Origin: Octopus vulgaris
Lineage: Eukaryota
Assembly: GCA_951406725.2 (NCBI GenBank)
Contig: OX597814.1
Span: 167,462,001-167,526,000, forward strand
Direction: 5' to 3'
Length of the DNA stretch: 64,000 nucleotides
Shown here: one piece after another, positions 28,370-40,700 of the stretch
Numbering within the stretch: position 1 is the stretch's first letter
Layout of the letters: each line of letters opens with the position of its first letter
Notes under the pieces: generated by a model
What the model saw: the letters and a program-made list of their open reading frames with translations, nothing else
What the model was told of the DNA's origin: nothing
Database searches by the model: none
Made by a program: the position numbers and the translations under genes

Positions 28370-31300
28370 GCACACACATACATATAATTACATACACACA
28401 CGCGCACAGTAATGGGATGGAAAATAACTCGTATATTCATCTGAATAAATTATCTCCCTTAGCTTAAAAAAAAAAAATTTTAGTAATGAAAAGGAAAGTA
28501 ATAAAGGAAGAAAGAAAAGAAATGGAGAAATTATAGATAAAGGAAGACAGAAAGATTAAGAAAACAATAGAGATTATTAAAGTGTTGTATATAAAGATAG
28601 GTATATATAAATAGAACAATAGACAGCATGGTAGCTAAGTGAATAATATATATATATCGTTGTTATTATGCAAAAGTGTCGTAAGTCCAAAACGTTGCTT
28701 TTACAGATAACGAAAAAATAGTTTCACCATTCCATTTCCTTTTTTGAAAAATGCTAAACCAGTGTAATACACTTTGACAATTATCATATGAAGTAGCTGG
28801 AATTTGACCAAAAGAACTGGCTATTGCAAGCAAAATTAAATACTGAAAGAAACACATTTGACCAAATTTGGACATATGACAGTTTAAGACAGGGGTGAGA
28901 AAACCCCTGCCCCCAGGCGCAATTGTGCCCACAAGCACATTTTATTGTGCCTGCAGGCCGATATACTCATATGTACAAAATACACTCTTTTACTCTTTTA
29001 CCTGTTTCAGACATTTGACTGTGGCCATGCTGGAGCACCGCCTTTAGTCAAGCAAACCGACCCCGGGGCTTATTCTTTGGAAGCCTAGTACTTATTCTAT
29101 CGGTTTCTTTTGCCAAACCGCTAAGTTACGGGGACATAAACACACCAGCATCGGTTGTCAAGCGATGTTGGTGGTGGGGGACAAACACAGACACACACAC
29201 ACAAACATACACACACACACACACACATATATACATATATACAACGGGCTTCTTTCAGTTTACATCTACCAAATCCACTCACAAGGCTTTGGTCGACCCA
29301 AGGCTATAGTAGAAGACATTTGCCCAAGGTGCCACGCAGTGGGACTGAACCCGGAACCATATGATTCGTAGGGAAGCTACTTACCACACAGCCACTCCTA
29401 TGCCTATAATAATAAATTTTTCAATCATAAAATTTATGCAATATTCGTTTGCCTATTTGCGATATAGGTCATGTTTCCACTACAACTTAAAATGGTTAGA
29501 ATCAAAAAGATAATCGCCCAGTAATTGCCATTTGTATGGAAATTTTGTTTTCACTATAAAACACATATTGCTAGGTTTGTACCTCCCCCTTGTGACCCAA
29601 CTACACCCTAGCTGAAAAATATAGAATACATCATAAGTAATATAAATGTCCTAAATTCCGTGGTGGCATTAATGTTACATGTTAATTTAATGTGTTAAAC
29701 TTATCTTTGTTAATGTATATCGAATTATACATTGATATATACAAGATATACACAGATATAAGAGATAGAACTTGACGTCTGCCTGTGGACCTTTTTCATT
29801 GGAAATTTTTGCCCACTGCACTAAAAAATTTCACTACCCCTAGTTTAACATAACAACAATGTGCTTTATAGTGTGTGCTCCTTTTTTGGATATATGATTC
29901 CACTGACAATATATATATATATATATATATACATTGAGAGAGAGAGAGAGGGGTTAAAGTAGTGAGTAAAGGCAAACAATTAGTCAAGGCAGGACAAGAA
30001 TTTTTGATTTCATTTAATTTAATCTAAAAAAATTTGCTGCATAATGAATGGTAAAAATAGTACAAACATGTATGGATAGCCTCTGACAGCTGTTTCTGAA
30101 AGTGAATACTAACAGATCCAGTGTTGTGCATGGAATAAAGATACATTCTGGTGAAAGCAAAGATAAATAGGTAAGAGGCATGTGTTCATCATCATCATCA
30201 TCGTCGTTTAACGTCCATTTTCCATGCTAGCATGGGTTGGATGGTTCAACTGGGGTCTGGGAAGCCAGAAGGCTGCACCAGGCCCAGTCTAATCTGGCAG
30301 TGTTTCTACAGCTGGATACCCTTCCTAACGCCAACCACTCCGTGAGTGTAGTGGGTGCTTTTTATGTACCACCTGCACAGGTGCCAGACGAGGCTGGCAA
30401 ACGGCCATGATCGGATGGTGATTTTTATGTGCCACCAGCATGGAGGCTTGTCGGGGCGGCACTGGCAATGGCCACGTTCGGATGGTTCTCTTATGTGCTA
30501 CCAGCACTGGTATCACAGCTACAATTATGTGGAGTACTGCATAACAGTTCTTTTCCTCTTCTCACCTTGCTGTACCACTTAACCACTCTTTCTGATTATG
30601 GATTTACCTAAAGAAGACCCAATCCAACTGGATTTAAATAAACCCTCCTGGACATAATGAAACACAACAAATATTGATGAGGAACATTCTTTTACTTTCT
30701 AACCTATATTTCTCGGCTGACAGAATACCCAACATACAGAGCCTTTGCTCGATATGATGCTCCAATAGCTGGGATATCCCAGAACAACTGTCAGAGACTA
30801 TCTTTACCAGTTTGTACTATTTTTGCCATTCATTATGTAGCAAAACTTTTATAGATTGAATTAATTGAAATCAAATGTTCTTGTCCTGCCTTGATTAATC
30901 ATTTGCCTTTCCTCACTGCTTTAACGTATACCTGTTGGCTCAAATGGAAGCCACCTTTGACCATTTTTGGAACAAAGCAACCACATAACCACATCTTCAA
31001 CTGCTGTTCTCACAGGAATTTTTGTGGCACATCTATTTGAGCACTTAGAATGCATATCTATTAGATTGAGTCATCCTGACAAGAACTCCTCATATCCTAT
31101 ATATATATAGGTGTCTTCAAAATAAAACTAGACCTCTTCCTGTCAGGTGTCCCAGATGAACCAACTTCACGGCAGGAGGTGCAGATGAAGGCAGCTGCAT
31201 CAAACTCTCTCATGCACCAAATGTCAATTGCTAAAAAGCATTCGTGAAGTAAAATCATGTAGCAACACCAAATGGTGGTGCTTCAGCATGGCCACAGCTC

Positions 31301-34300
31301 GTGAGCTGAAACTAGACGAAATGAAATGAAAGGAAAAAAATATATATATATGCTGTTGTATAGATATATAGAATCAAGGGAAGATGTGTCAATTGAAGTG
31401 TAAGGTTATGAGGATGAATCTTCAAGGTATGGATTATGCATAGGAGTGGTTGAATGTATTAGAGTACAAAAACTGTTGTTAAAAGTAGTAGCATCAGTAT
31501 TATTGTATCTACCTCTTATAGATGCCATAGTACATTTGTCAGTTTGGCAGGTATTTCAGGGCAGCTCAAACAAAGATCTCAGGATCAGTTTTTATTTGTG
31601 CCTACATTTTCCTGACACAAGTGATTTTGAGTTAAGATAACCATCTGGTTGCAGTAAGTGTTCCAATATTAGTCATTTTCAGTAATGCATGAATTACAAT
31701 TTTTGCTTCCATTCTTATGGTTTCCATTTAATATACAAATTAGTAGCCAGATGAAGCTGGAAAGTTTAGTCACATGCCATCCTTTGGTATTCTAGGAGAT
31801 AGCTAGATGATTGAGATATTTTCAAATACCTTCTCAGATACATACAGCATTCAGTAAACCACCCTTTAACACATACACATAACACATTCATAGGATTATG
31901 CCTAACATATGCATGTATAAATTGTATGAATATATTTGCCCATGTGTATTTATTTTTCAACCAAATTATCTTATAGATTAAATATATTGACAGTTTGTTT
32001 AAAAGTTCAATTTCTTGTTCAATTTCTTGTAGATACATGGAAAAACTGGAGAGCCTTTCTGGGTTTGGGTAGAAGACCCAGATAATAACTTTATTTACCA
32101 TTCTGAAAATTTTCTTTTACACAAGAAGAGTGTAAGTGATTTTTGATTTGTTGTATGTAGATTTGTAGTTTTTTTTTTAATATGTGACTGTCACATCATT
32201 TATCCTTTATGTTTTTTTGTTTTTTTTTACTTGTTTTGGTCTTGGAACTGTGGCCATACTGGAGCACCACTTTGAAAGATTTAGTCAAACAATCAACCCC
32301 AGTACTTGTTTTCAAACCTAATACTTATCTGGTGGTCTCTGAACTGCTAAGTTACAGAGGACATAAACAAACCAACACCACTTGTTAAGTGGTTCGTGGG
32401 GACAAACATAGGATACACACACACATATGTATGTAGGTATATATATATATATATATACATACACACATACACATTATTTGATTGTTTGTTCCTGTCTGGT
32501 CTTTTTTAAAATTTTTTGTTGGATGTAATTATTCATACCAATATGTAATTCCTTACAAAGAATCTAATTTTTATTTGAAGAAGTGTTTTCGTTTTTGTCT
32601 TTGAAATTAATTAGACTCTGAAACAATTTGTAGAATTTATATTGGATTTGTACCAACTTGGATTTGAAGATCGTTTACACCGATATATATTTTTTCCTTT
32701 CCTTATACTCTATACATACATACATATATATATATACATATACACACACATACATACATATCTTTGTGGCTGGAGACTTTAATAGGCATGTTGGGCAGGA
32801 ATCTGGTATCTTCATTGGGGTATATGGTGGCCATGGTATTGGCACCCGAAACAATGAGGGAACTAGGCTACTGGAATTCTGTGATGCATGTAACCTTTTA
32901 ATCTGCAACACTAACTTCAGGAAGCCAAACAGCCACCTTATAACCTATCAGTCAGGGGACTCTGCTAGCCAGATTGATTTCATCCTCACCAGACAATGGG
33001 ACACAGGGTTGCTCTTAAATACAAAGACCCTCCAGGGTGAAAAGGTATCCCTCAGCATAGGCTAGTCATTAGTGACTTTAGGCTTGAGGCCAGAAGGATA
33101 CCAAGAAGCAGAACAATCCAGAAAAGAAGGATGTGAAAGCTAAAGAACCCTTCACATGGTCAGAGATTTAGGGACATCCTCATCAAGAAATTTGATGAGA
33201 GGGAGGAGGAGCTACAGACATTGGACATAGAAGATAGCTGGAAATTCCAACGGGACAGCTTGCTGAGTGCCAGAGACCAAGTCTGCGGATGGTGCAAAGT
33301 CCCTTCCAGACCGAGAGTTACGTGGTGGTGGAATAGTACAGTAGACAAAGCCATTAGAGCAAAGAAACAGATCTGGAAAGCCTGGAGGGATGGGGGTAGC
33401 AGGGAACTGTACCAGGTAGCCAAAAGGGAGGCTGGGCGACAGTATACATAGCCAAGGGTGAAGCAGAAAAGAAGTTTGCCAATTGTCCAGCAACATAAGG
33501 ACCAAATAACTGAGGTATTTCAGATTGCAAGACAGTATGTGAGAGAAAATTGTGATGTCACAGGAGAGAAATGCGTCCGCATGGATGATGGAACACTTGC
33601 TTTCAATGTTTCTGAAAAGAAAGAGGCTTGGAGAAGCCATTATGAGAGACTGCTGAATGTGGAGAATGAATGGGAGGAGGAGAGCCTTCCAAATGTTGAC
33701 CTAGTAGAGGGACCAGATATCTGAATAGACAGCTCTCTAGTAGATAAAGCAATTAAGGGTATGAAACCAGGAAAACCCCCCGGCCCATCAGGAATCACTG
33801 CTGAGATGCTTAAAATATCTGGTGGTGTGGGCTATGGCCTAGTCACCCGCATTGTAAACCAGATAGTTCATAATGGAATCATACCCAATGATTGGCATAG
33901 CAGTACCATAGTCAACTGCTACAAAGGTAAAGGTAATGCTCTAGATAGAAATAACTACAGGAGTATTAAACTGTTTGATCAGGTGATGAAGGTCACAGAG
34001 AGGGTCATAGCCCATCTCATTAGGGAGAGAGTTTGCTTAGATGAGATGCAGTTTGGTTTTGTGCCTGGTAGAAGCACCACTGATGCCATATTCCTGGTTC
34101 GACAACTGCAGGAGAAATACCTAGCTAAAGATAAACCTCTCTACATAGCATTCGTGGACTTGGAGAAAGCCTTTGACAGGGTCCCCCGATCCCTTATCTG
34201 GTGGGCGATGCAGAAACTGGAGATTGACGGATGGTTAATAAGGGCTGTACAGGCCCTATACAGAGAGGCCGTCAGCAAGGTTAGGATTGGCAATGAGTAT

Positions 34301-37300
34301 AGTGAAGAATTCCAGGTAGAAGTAGGGGTCCACTAAGGTTCAGCCCTCAGTCCCCTTTTATTCATCATAGTCCTCCAGGCAATAACAGAGGAATTCAAGA
34401 TGGGTTGACCTTGGGAGCTCCTCTATGCTGATGACCTGGCCCTCATAGCAGAATCACTACTGGAACTAGAAAAGAAATTTCAGATGTGGAAGCTAGGTTT
34501 AGAATCAAAAGGCCTTAGACTCAATGTAGCAAAGACCAACGTTCTAGTAAGTAGGAAGGCAAACACACCACACACCCCTTCAGGTAGGTGGCCCTGCTCG
34601 ATCTGTAGAAAAGATGTAGGTAGAAACTCCATAAGATGTACTCAGTGTAAGCTATGGACACATAAGAGGTGCAGCACCATCAAAGGAAAATTAACCGAGA
34701 AGATAGCTTTTGTGTGCGGCAGATGCACAGGGGCAATAGACACCATTGATACTCAGAAAACAGATTCCATTACACTCCTGGGGAAGAAACTAGAAGTAGT
34801 TGATAGGTGACCAAGTTAGTACTGGGGGTGAATGCTCAGAGAGTGTTACCACTAGAATAAGAATAACCTAGGCAAAATTTAGAAAGCTCCTACCCCTACT
34901 GGTGACAAAGGGTCTCTCACTCAGAGTGAAAGGTAGACTGTACGATGCATGTGTGCGAACTGCCATGCTTCACGGTAGTGAAACATGGGCTGTAACTGCA
35001 GGGGTCATGCATAGGCTTGAAAGAAATTAAGCTAGCATGAATTGCTGGATGTGTAATGTTAGTGTGCATACACAACAGTGTAAGTGCCCTGAGAGAAATG
35101 CTGGACATAAGAAGCATTGGATGTGGCGTGCAAGAGAGACGTCTGCGCTGGTATGGTCATGTACTACGGATGGATGAGGAGAGATGTGTGAAGAAGTGCC
35201 ACTCCCAAACAGTTGAAGGAATCCGGGGTAGAGGTAAACCCAGGAAGACATGGGATGAGGTGGTCAAGCATGACCTTCGAATGTTGGGTCTCACCTCTGG
35301 AGATATGCTGTGACTGCGAAGACCCGACAAATAATGTGAGTTCATGGCTGTTTCCTGCACCTGCTTCACATAGAAGCCCCAGCCATTCCAAAGTGCTTTG
35401 GATCGCAGGACAGCCTGCTGTACTTACCTTGGATCATAGAGCGACCTGCTGTGCTTGAGGAGACCTATTGAGTCAAGTACATCAACATCAAAAAATCAAA
35501 TGGAAATTGTAGTTGTGATACCTGTGCCGGTAGCATGTAAAATACACCATCCGTACGTGGCCGATGCCAGCACCGCCTTGACTGGCTTCCGTGCCGGTGG
35601 CATGTAAAAAGCACCAACTGATGGTGGCCGTTGCCAGCCTCCCCTGGCACCTGTGCCAGTGGCATGTAAAAAGCACCCACTACACTCACGGAGTGGTTGG
35701 CATTAGGAAAGGCATCCAGCTGTAGAAACACTACCAGATCAGACTGGAGCCTGGTGCAGCCTCCTGGCTTACCAGACCCCGGTCGAACCGTCCAACCCAT
35801 GCTAGCATGGAAAACAGACGTTAAACGATGATGATATGTATATATGTTTATATATGAATATACACACACACTTATAATATATATATACATATATACGACA
35901 GGTTTCTTTCAGTTTCCGTCTACCAAATCCACTCACAAGGCATTGGTCGGCCCAGGGCTATAGCAGAAGACACTTGCCCAAGATGCCACGCAGTGGGACT
36001 GAACCCGGAATCATGTGGTTGGTTAGCAAGCTACTTACCACACAGCCACTCCTGCGCCTATATATATATAACAAAATGGAGTTGTAGGGTACCGCACGAG
36101 TGGAATTATATACGAAAGAAGGTTTGAAAATGCAATTTTGAAAGATGTTTATTTACTTTACCGGTTTCACTCTTTGGAAAAAGATTGTCAAAAGTAACAT
36201 GTAGAAGTTTGGTTGCATTAATTATTGGTTGTTACAAAATGCTACATTACATATATACAGTCTTTGGTAACAAGGACATGTTAAGGACATAAAAAAGTTT
36301 AACAAGTTCCTTAAAATATTGGGCACAAAAGATTACAACATAAATATACATTCTCAAGAACATGTTAAAGATAGTTTCCAGAAGGAATTATTAAAAAGTT
36401 CAGTGGGATATTGGTATTGTATCTGTATATTCAAACACGTACAGAATATTGGTTGTCACAGAGTACTACAATACATATATATACATTCTTTGGTGAGAAG
36501 AGCATGTTAAGAACATAAAAAAGTTTAACAAGTTCATTGAAATATTGGGCACAAAAAAAATTACAACAAATATATACATTCTCAAGATAATTTCCAGAAG
36601 GAATTATTAAAAAGTTCAGTGGAATATTGGGAAACACGCACAGAATATTATGAGTTCAAAAAGGTTTACATTATAATAGTAGGGAAGCTAAAACTGACCT
36701 GTCCACCATGTTAACGTAAAAGAATATTATCTATTTCAAGGGACACTGTAGGTGTGTTTGGGTGGGGAGAAGGAGGAGTAATGTGGAACTGAAAATAATT
36801 TCTCCTTTTTGTCTCTCCTTCACGCATCAATGATTTGGGGGATTGGTCTTTAGAGGTCAGAATGGTTTGAGTGTGTGTATATATGTGTGGTGTGAGTAGA
36901 TGTGTCTCTGTGTTTGTAAAATCTGGTAGGATGGTGTGTGTATATGTGTGCCCGTTTTTCAACCGTGTGTGTGATTGTCTTGGTGTTGTGTGTATATGTG
37001 TATTTGGCATGGTGCTGAGTGTGTATATGGAGGTCAGAATGGTGTGAGTGTGTGTGTATATATATGTATACATGTGTTTGTGTGTGTATGTGGGCTGTTT
37101 TTGATTGGTCCCAGGGTCCATTGTGGTGTAAATAGATGTGTGTTTTTAAAATTTGGTAGGATGGTGTGTGTATGTGTGTGGTTAATGTTTGTTTGTGTGT
37201 TGTGTGTGCGTTAGTGTGTATGTGTTTGTTCGTATGTGTGTCCATGACAAACGGGCACACATATACACACACCATCCTACCAAATTTCTAAAAAAAACAC

Positions 37301-37689
37301 ACATCTATTTACACCACAATGGACCCTGGGACCATTCAAAAACAGCCCCCCCACACACAAACACATGTATACATATATATACACACACAAAGATGCATAC
37401 ACTCACACCATATATACGCCCACACACAAACACATACTCAATACCAACACACACAAAACGCATATACACACACGCCATACAGTTACACCCAACAGACATG
37501 GACACACATACGAACAAACACATACACACTAACGCACACACAACACACTATGTATATGTATATATGTATATATGGCTATCAGTAACAATATAGGGTGAAA
37601 TTAATTAATTTGGAATAATCATTAATTACACCAAGTAGATCTCGGCATGTATCTACTTGAGATCTACTGCCGAGATCTACTTATATATG

Positions 37690-37720
<31 letters not shown>

Positions 37721-40700
37721 ATATATGTATTGATTTCTCAGTTTCTTGGAAAATCCTATCTTACAGATATAATAATATAATAATAAAATTTGTAGTTTGT
37801 GTTTGGAAGATAGCTATAGCATAATGAGAATGAATGGAGATCTGGTTAATACTAGGAAATGGAAATCTGGTTAATACTAGGGATGAAAAATTTTGCTCAT
37901 GTAAACACATGACCAAATTTCTATTTATCAATCTTAAATAATTCTTCACTCTCCTTGGTTAGATTAATTTTTGTTGTTTATTAAAAATATTTCTATATAT
38001 TATCTTTTTGTGTGGAATACGATTACTCATCACATCCACTTTTCATCACTATCTCTTACACTATCTTGATATATTTTTTATTTAACCTTTCTTTCTAACA
38101 ATCATGACACACCATATATTTGGCTAACACTTTATCTACATCTTCCTACACCTTTTCTCTCAATATGTGTATCTTTCCTTAGTATATAATATACCTATAA
38201 TTTTTGTATTTTATTTTATTTTATTTTATTTGCATAATGTGTCTATTTAAACTCCCTCAACATACCCATTCTAACTATTAATGGTTTATGTTACTTGTCA
38301 CTTTACATGATAATTAAATACATTTTACTGCTGATATATGCAAACATACATAGTACGTCTTGGTGTCCTACTTGACTACAACCATGTGTGCATATCTTGA
38401 TATGGATCTTATATGTTATCTGTGTGCATATCTATTAGTTTGTGACTATTTAGCATATGTTACCACTAACATGTATTTTTTAATAAGAACGTGTGTATCT
38501 GTATATATATATATATATGTGTTTCACATACACACATATATATATAAACTACTATATATTTTTTATAAGTGTGTGTATTTATATCTATATATGTGTGCCT
38601 TTTTTTCTCTCTTTGCACCAGTATATCTATATATATTTTTGTACGGTGTTCCTTCTTTTAGGTAAACCCTAATCAAAATACAACTAGAATTCCTATATCT
38701 ACATATACTAATGTGCAGATATGCCTCTACTCACGTATGAGTAAATATACTAGCAATTTTTTCCTTATAAGATAATTTTTTTCTGCGACATTATATATAA
38801 ACTTTTTTGTATACTTATGTGCACCCCCATACTCATATCTTTTCTTATATTCATAATATACAATACTCTTCTATTACTTGAATATTAATACTACCTTAAT
38901 ACCATTATCTATCCCTCTCACATTATGCCAAGCTAGTTCTTTACCTCATAATTTTTTATTTATACAAATACATAGTTACTGCATAACCTTACATATCAAT
39001 ACATATAAATTAAACCCCCTATTTACTGTTTTTCATTCCCAGCTCATTCATCTCCCCTACATTTTTTTTTTTTGCCATATTTCTACAACCTTTTTCTTTT
39101 TCAACTTCACTCTTTTAACATCTTTATAGCCACAGCAAGTATTTACAATCCAAATTGTAATATTAACAACTTTTTTTTTCTGTTTTTACTTATTTTTCTA
39201 CCTTATATTTAATATATACAAATACTAGTTCTTATACAAACATAAGTCCATCTTACACATCTTATTCTCTCTTTAGTCCTTTTTTACCTCTCTTATACTT
39301 GTTTACATTAACAATCCAGTAGCTCTTTATACACAATCTCCTCTAGATTAACTTCATTATCATGTACTCTCTTACTCTTTTACTTGTTTCAGTCATTTGA
39401 CTGCCGCCATGTTGGGGCACCGCCTTTAGTCGAGCAAATCAACCCCAGGACTTATTGCTCTTATTTTTAGTTCATATAGCCAAGCCTTCATTTTCATCAG
39501 GTGTTCATTTCCTCTAAGGGGATATTTGACAAACTTTGTGTTCTTGGCAATGTTCCATAAATCCTTCTCAAAAGCCTCCAAATGGCGGTTAGGAGGTGGA
39601 CATTTTCTGGTTTTAAAGTTCTTAAAAATTTCAAAATCTTCATTAAAAGTATTTTCTTGGTTAATAATATTCCTTTCATGATAAAAAGTGATCCAATGAA
39701 TATGTGTTATAGAGTTTACAGCCATAAGTTTATCTTCATATTTATTACAGAATTCTCCCTACAATAAATTAAGTAAACAAAGAAAAATTTTTTTATTAGG
39801 ATTCTGCTCATATTTATTACAGAATTATACCTCCAGTAAACAATAATTGTAGAACATTCCTATTAGTTACTTTAAACAATATTTTTTATATCAGTAACTT
39901 CAAATAAATAGAAGAGTTTTTATATATTAAAGATATAATTATCATTTATATTTTTCTACACGTTTTATTACAGTTCTAGATAAGGCAAGACCCTGATACT
40001 TAATATACACTTATATATTATTATTGTATGTTATAATAGCAACAGATTCTCTTAGACATAAATGCTGTCTGCCTTGCCTTAATGTTTCACACCTCATTTA
40101 ACAATTATGCATATATACATATATAAAGATAAAATTAAACGAAGAGATACAATTGACAATCCAATAATTTATTTATATTATAATATAACATAATGTACTA
40201 TGAATAATGTACTGTGAAGGCGCATGGCTCAGTGGTTAGAGCGTCGAGCTTACGATCGTGAGGTTGTGAGCTCGAATCCCGGACCGGGCTGCGTGTTGTG
40301 TTCTCGAGCAAGGCACTTTATTTCACGTTGCTCCAGTTCACTCAGCTGTAGAAATGAGTTGCGACGTCACTGGTGCCAAGCTGTATCGACCTTTGTCTTT
40401 CCCTTGGATAACACTGGTGGCGTGGAGAGGGGAGGCTGGTATGCATGGGCGACTGCTGGCCTTCCATAAAAACAACCTTGCCCAGACTTGTGTCTAGGAG
40501 GGTAACTTTCTAGGTGCAATCCCATGGTCATTCATGACCGAAGGGGGTCTTTTTTTACTATGAATATAATATAACATAATATGAGATCACATAAAGAATT
40601 ATTAAGGCCAACATCAAAAGGCCAACAATTCGTTTTGAATTATATACATTTTTTGCTATATAAACAATTCACTTATATATAAGCTTCATTAGAGCCAGAG

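Noticed and set aside
36711-37593. His/Thr-rich and Cys/Val-rich ORFs
   Set aside because: These are translations of CA/TG low-complexity repeats, as are many other short ORFs in the track.
40217-40292. tRNA gene
   Set aside because: The tRNA-like head continues into a SINE body with a tail and flanking direct repeat; the acceptor stem is not convincing.
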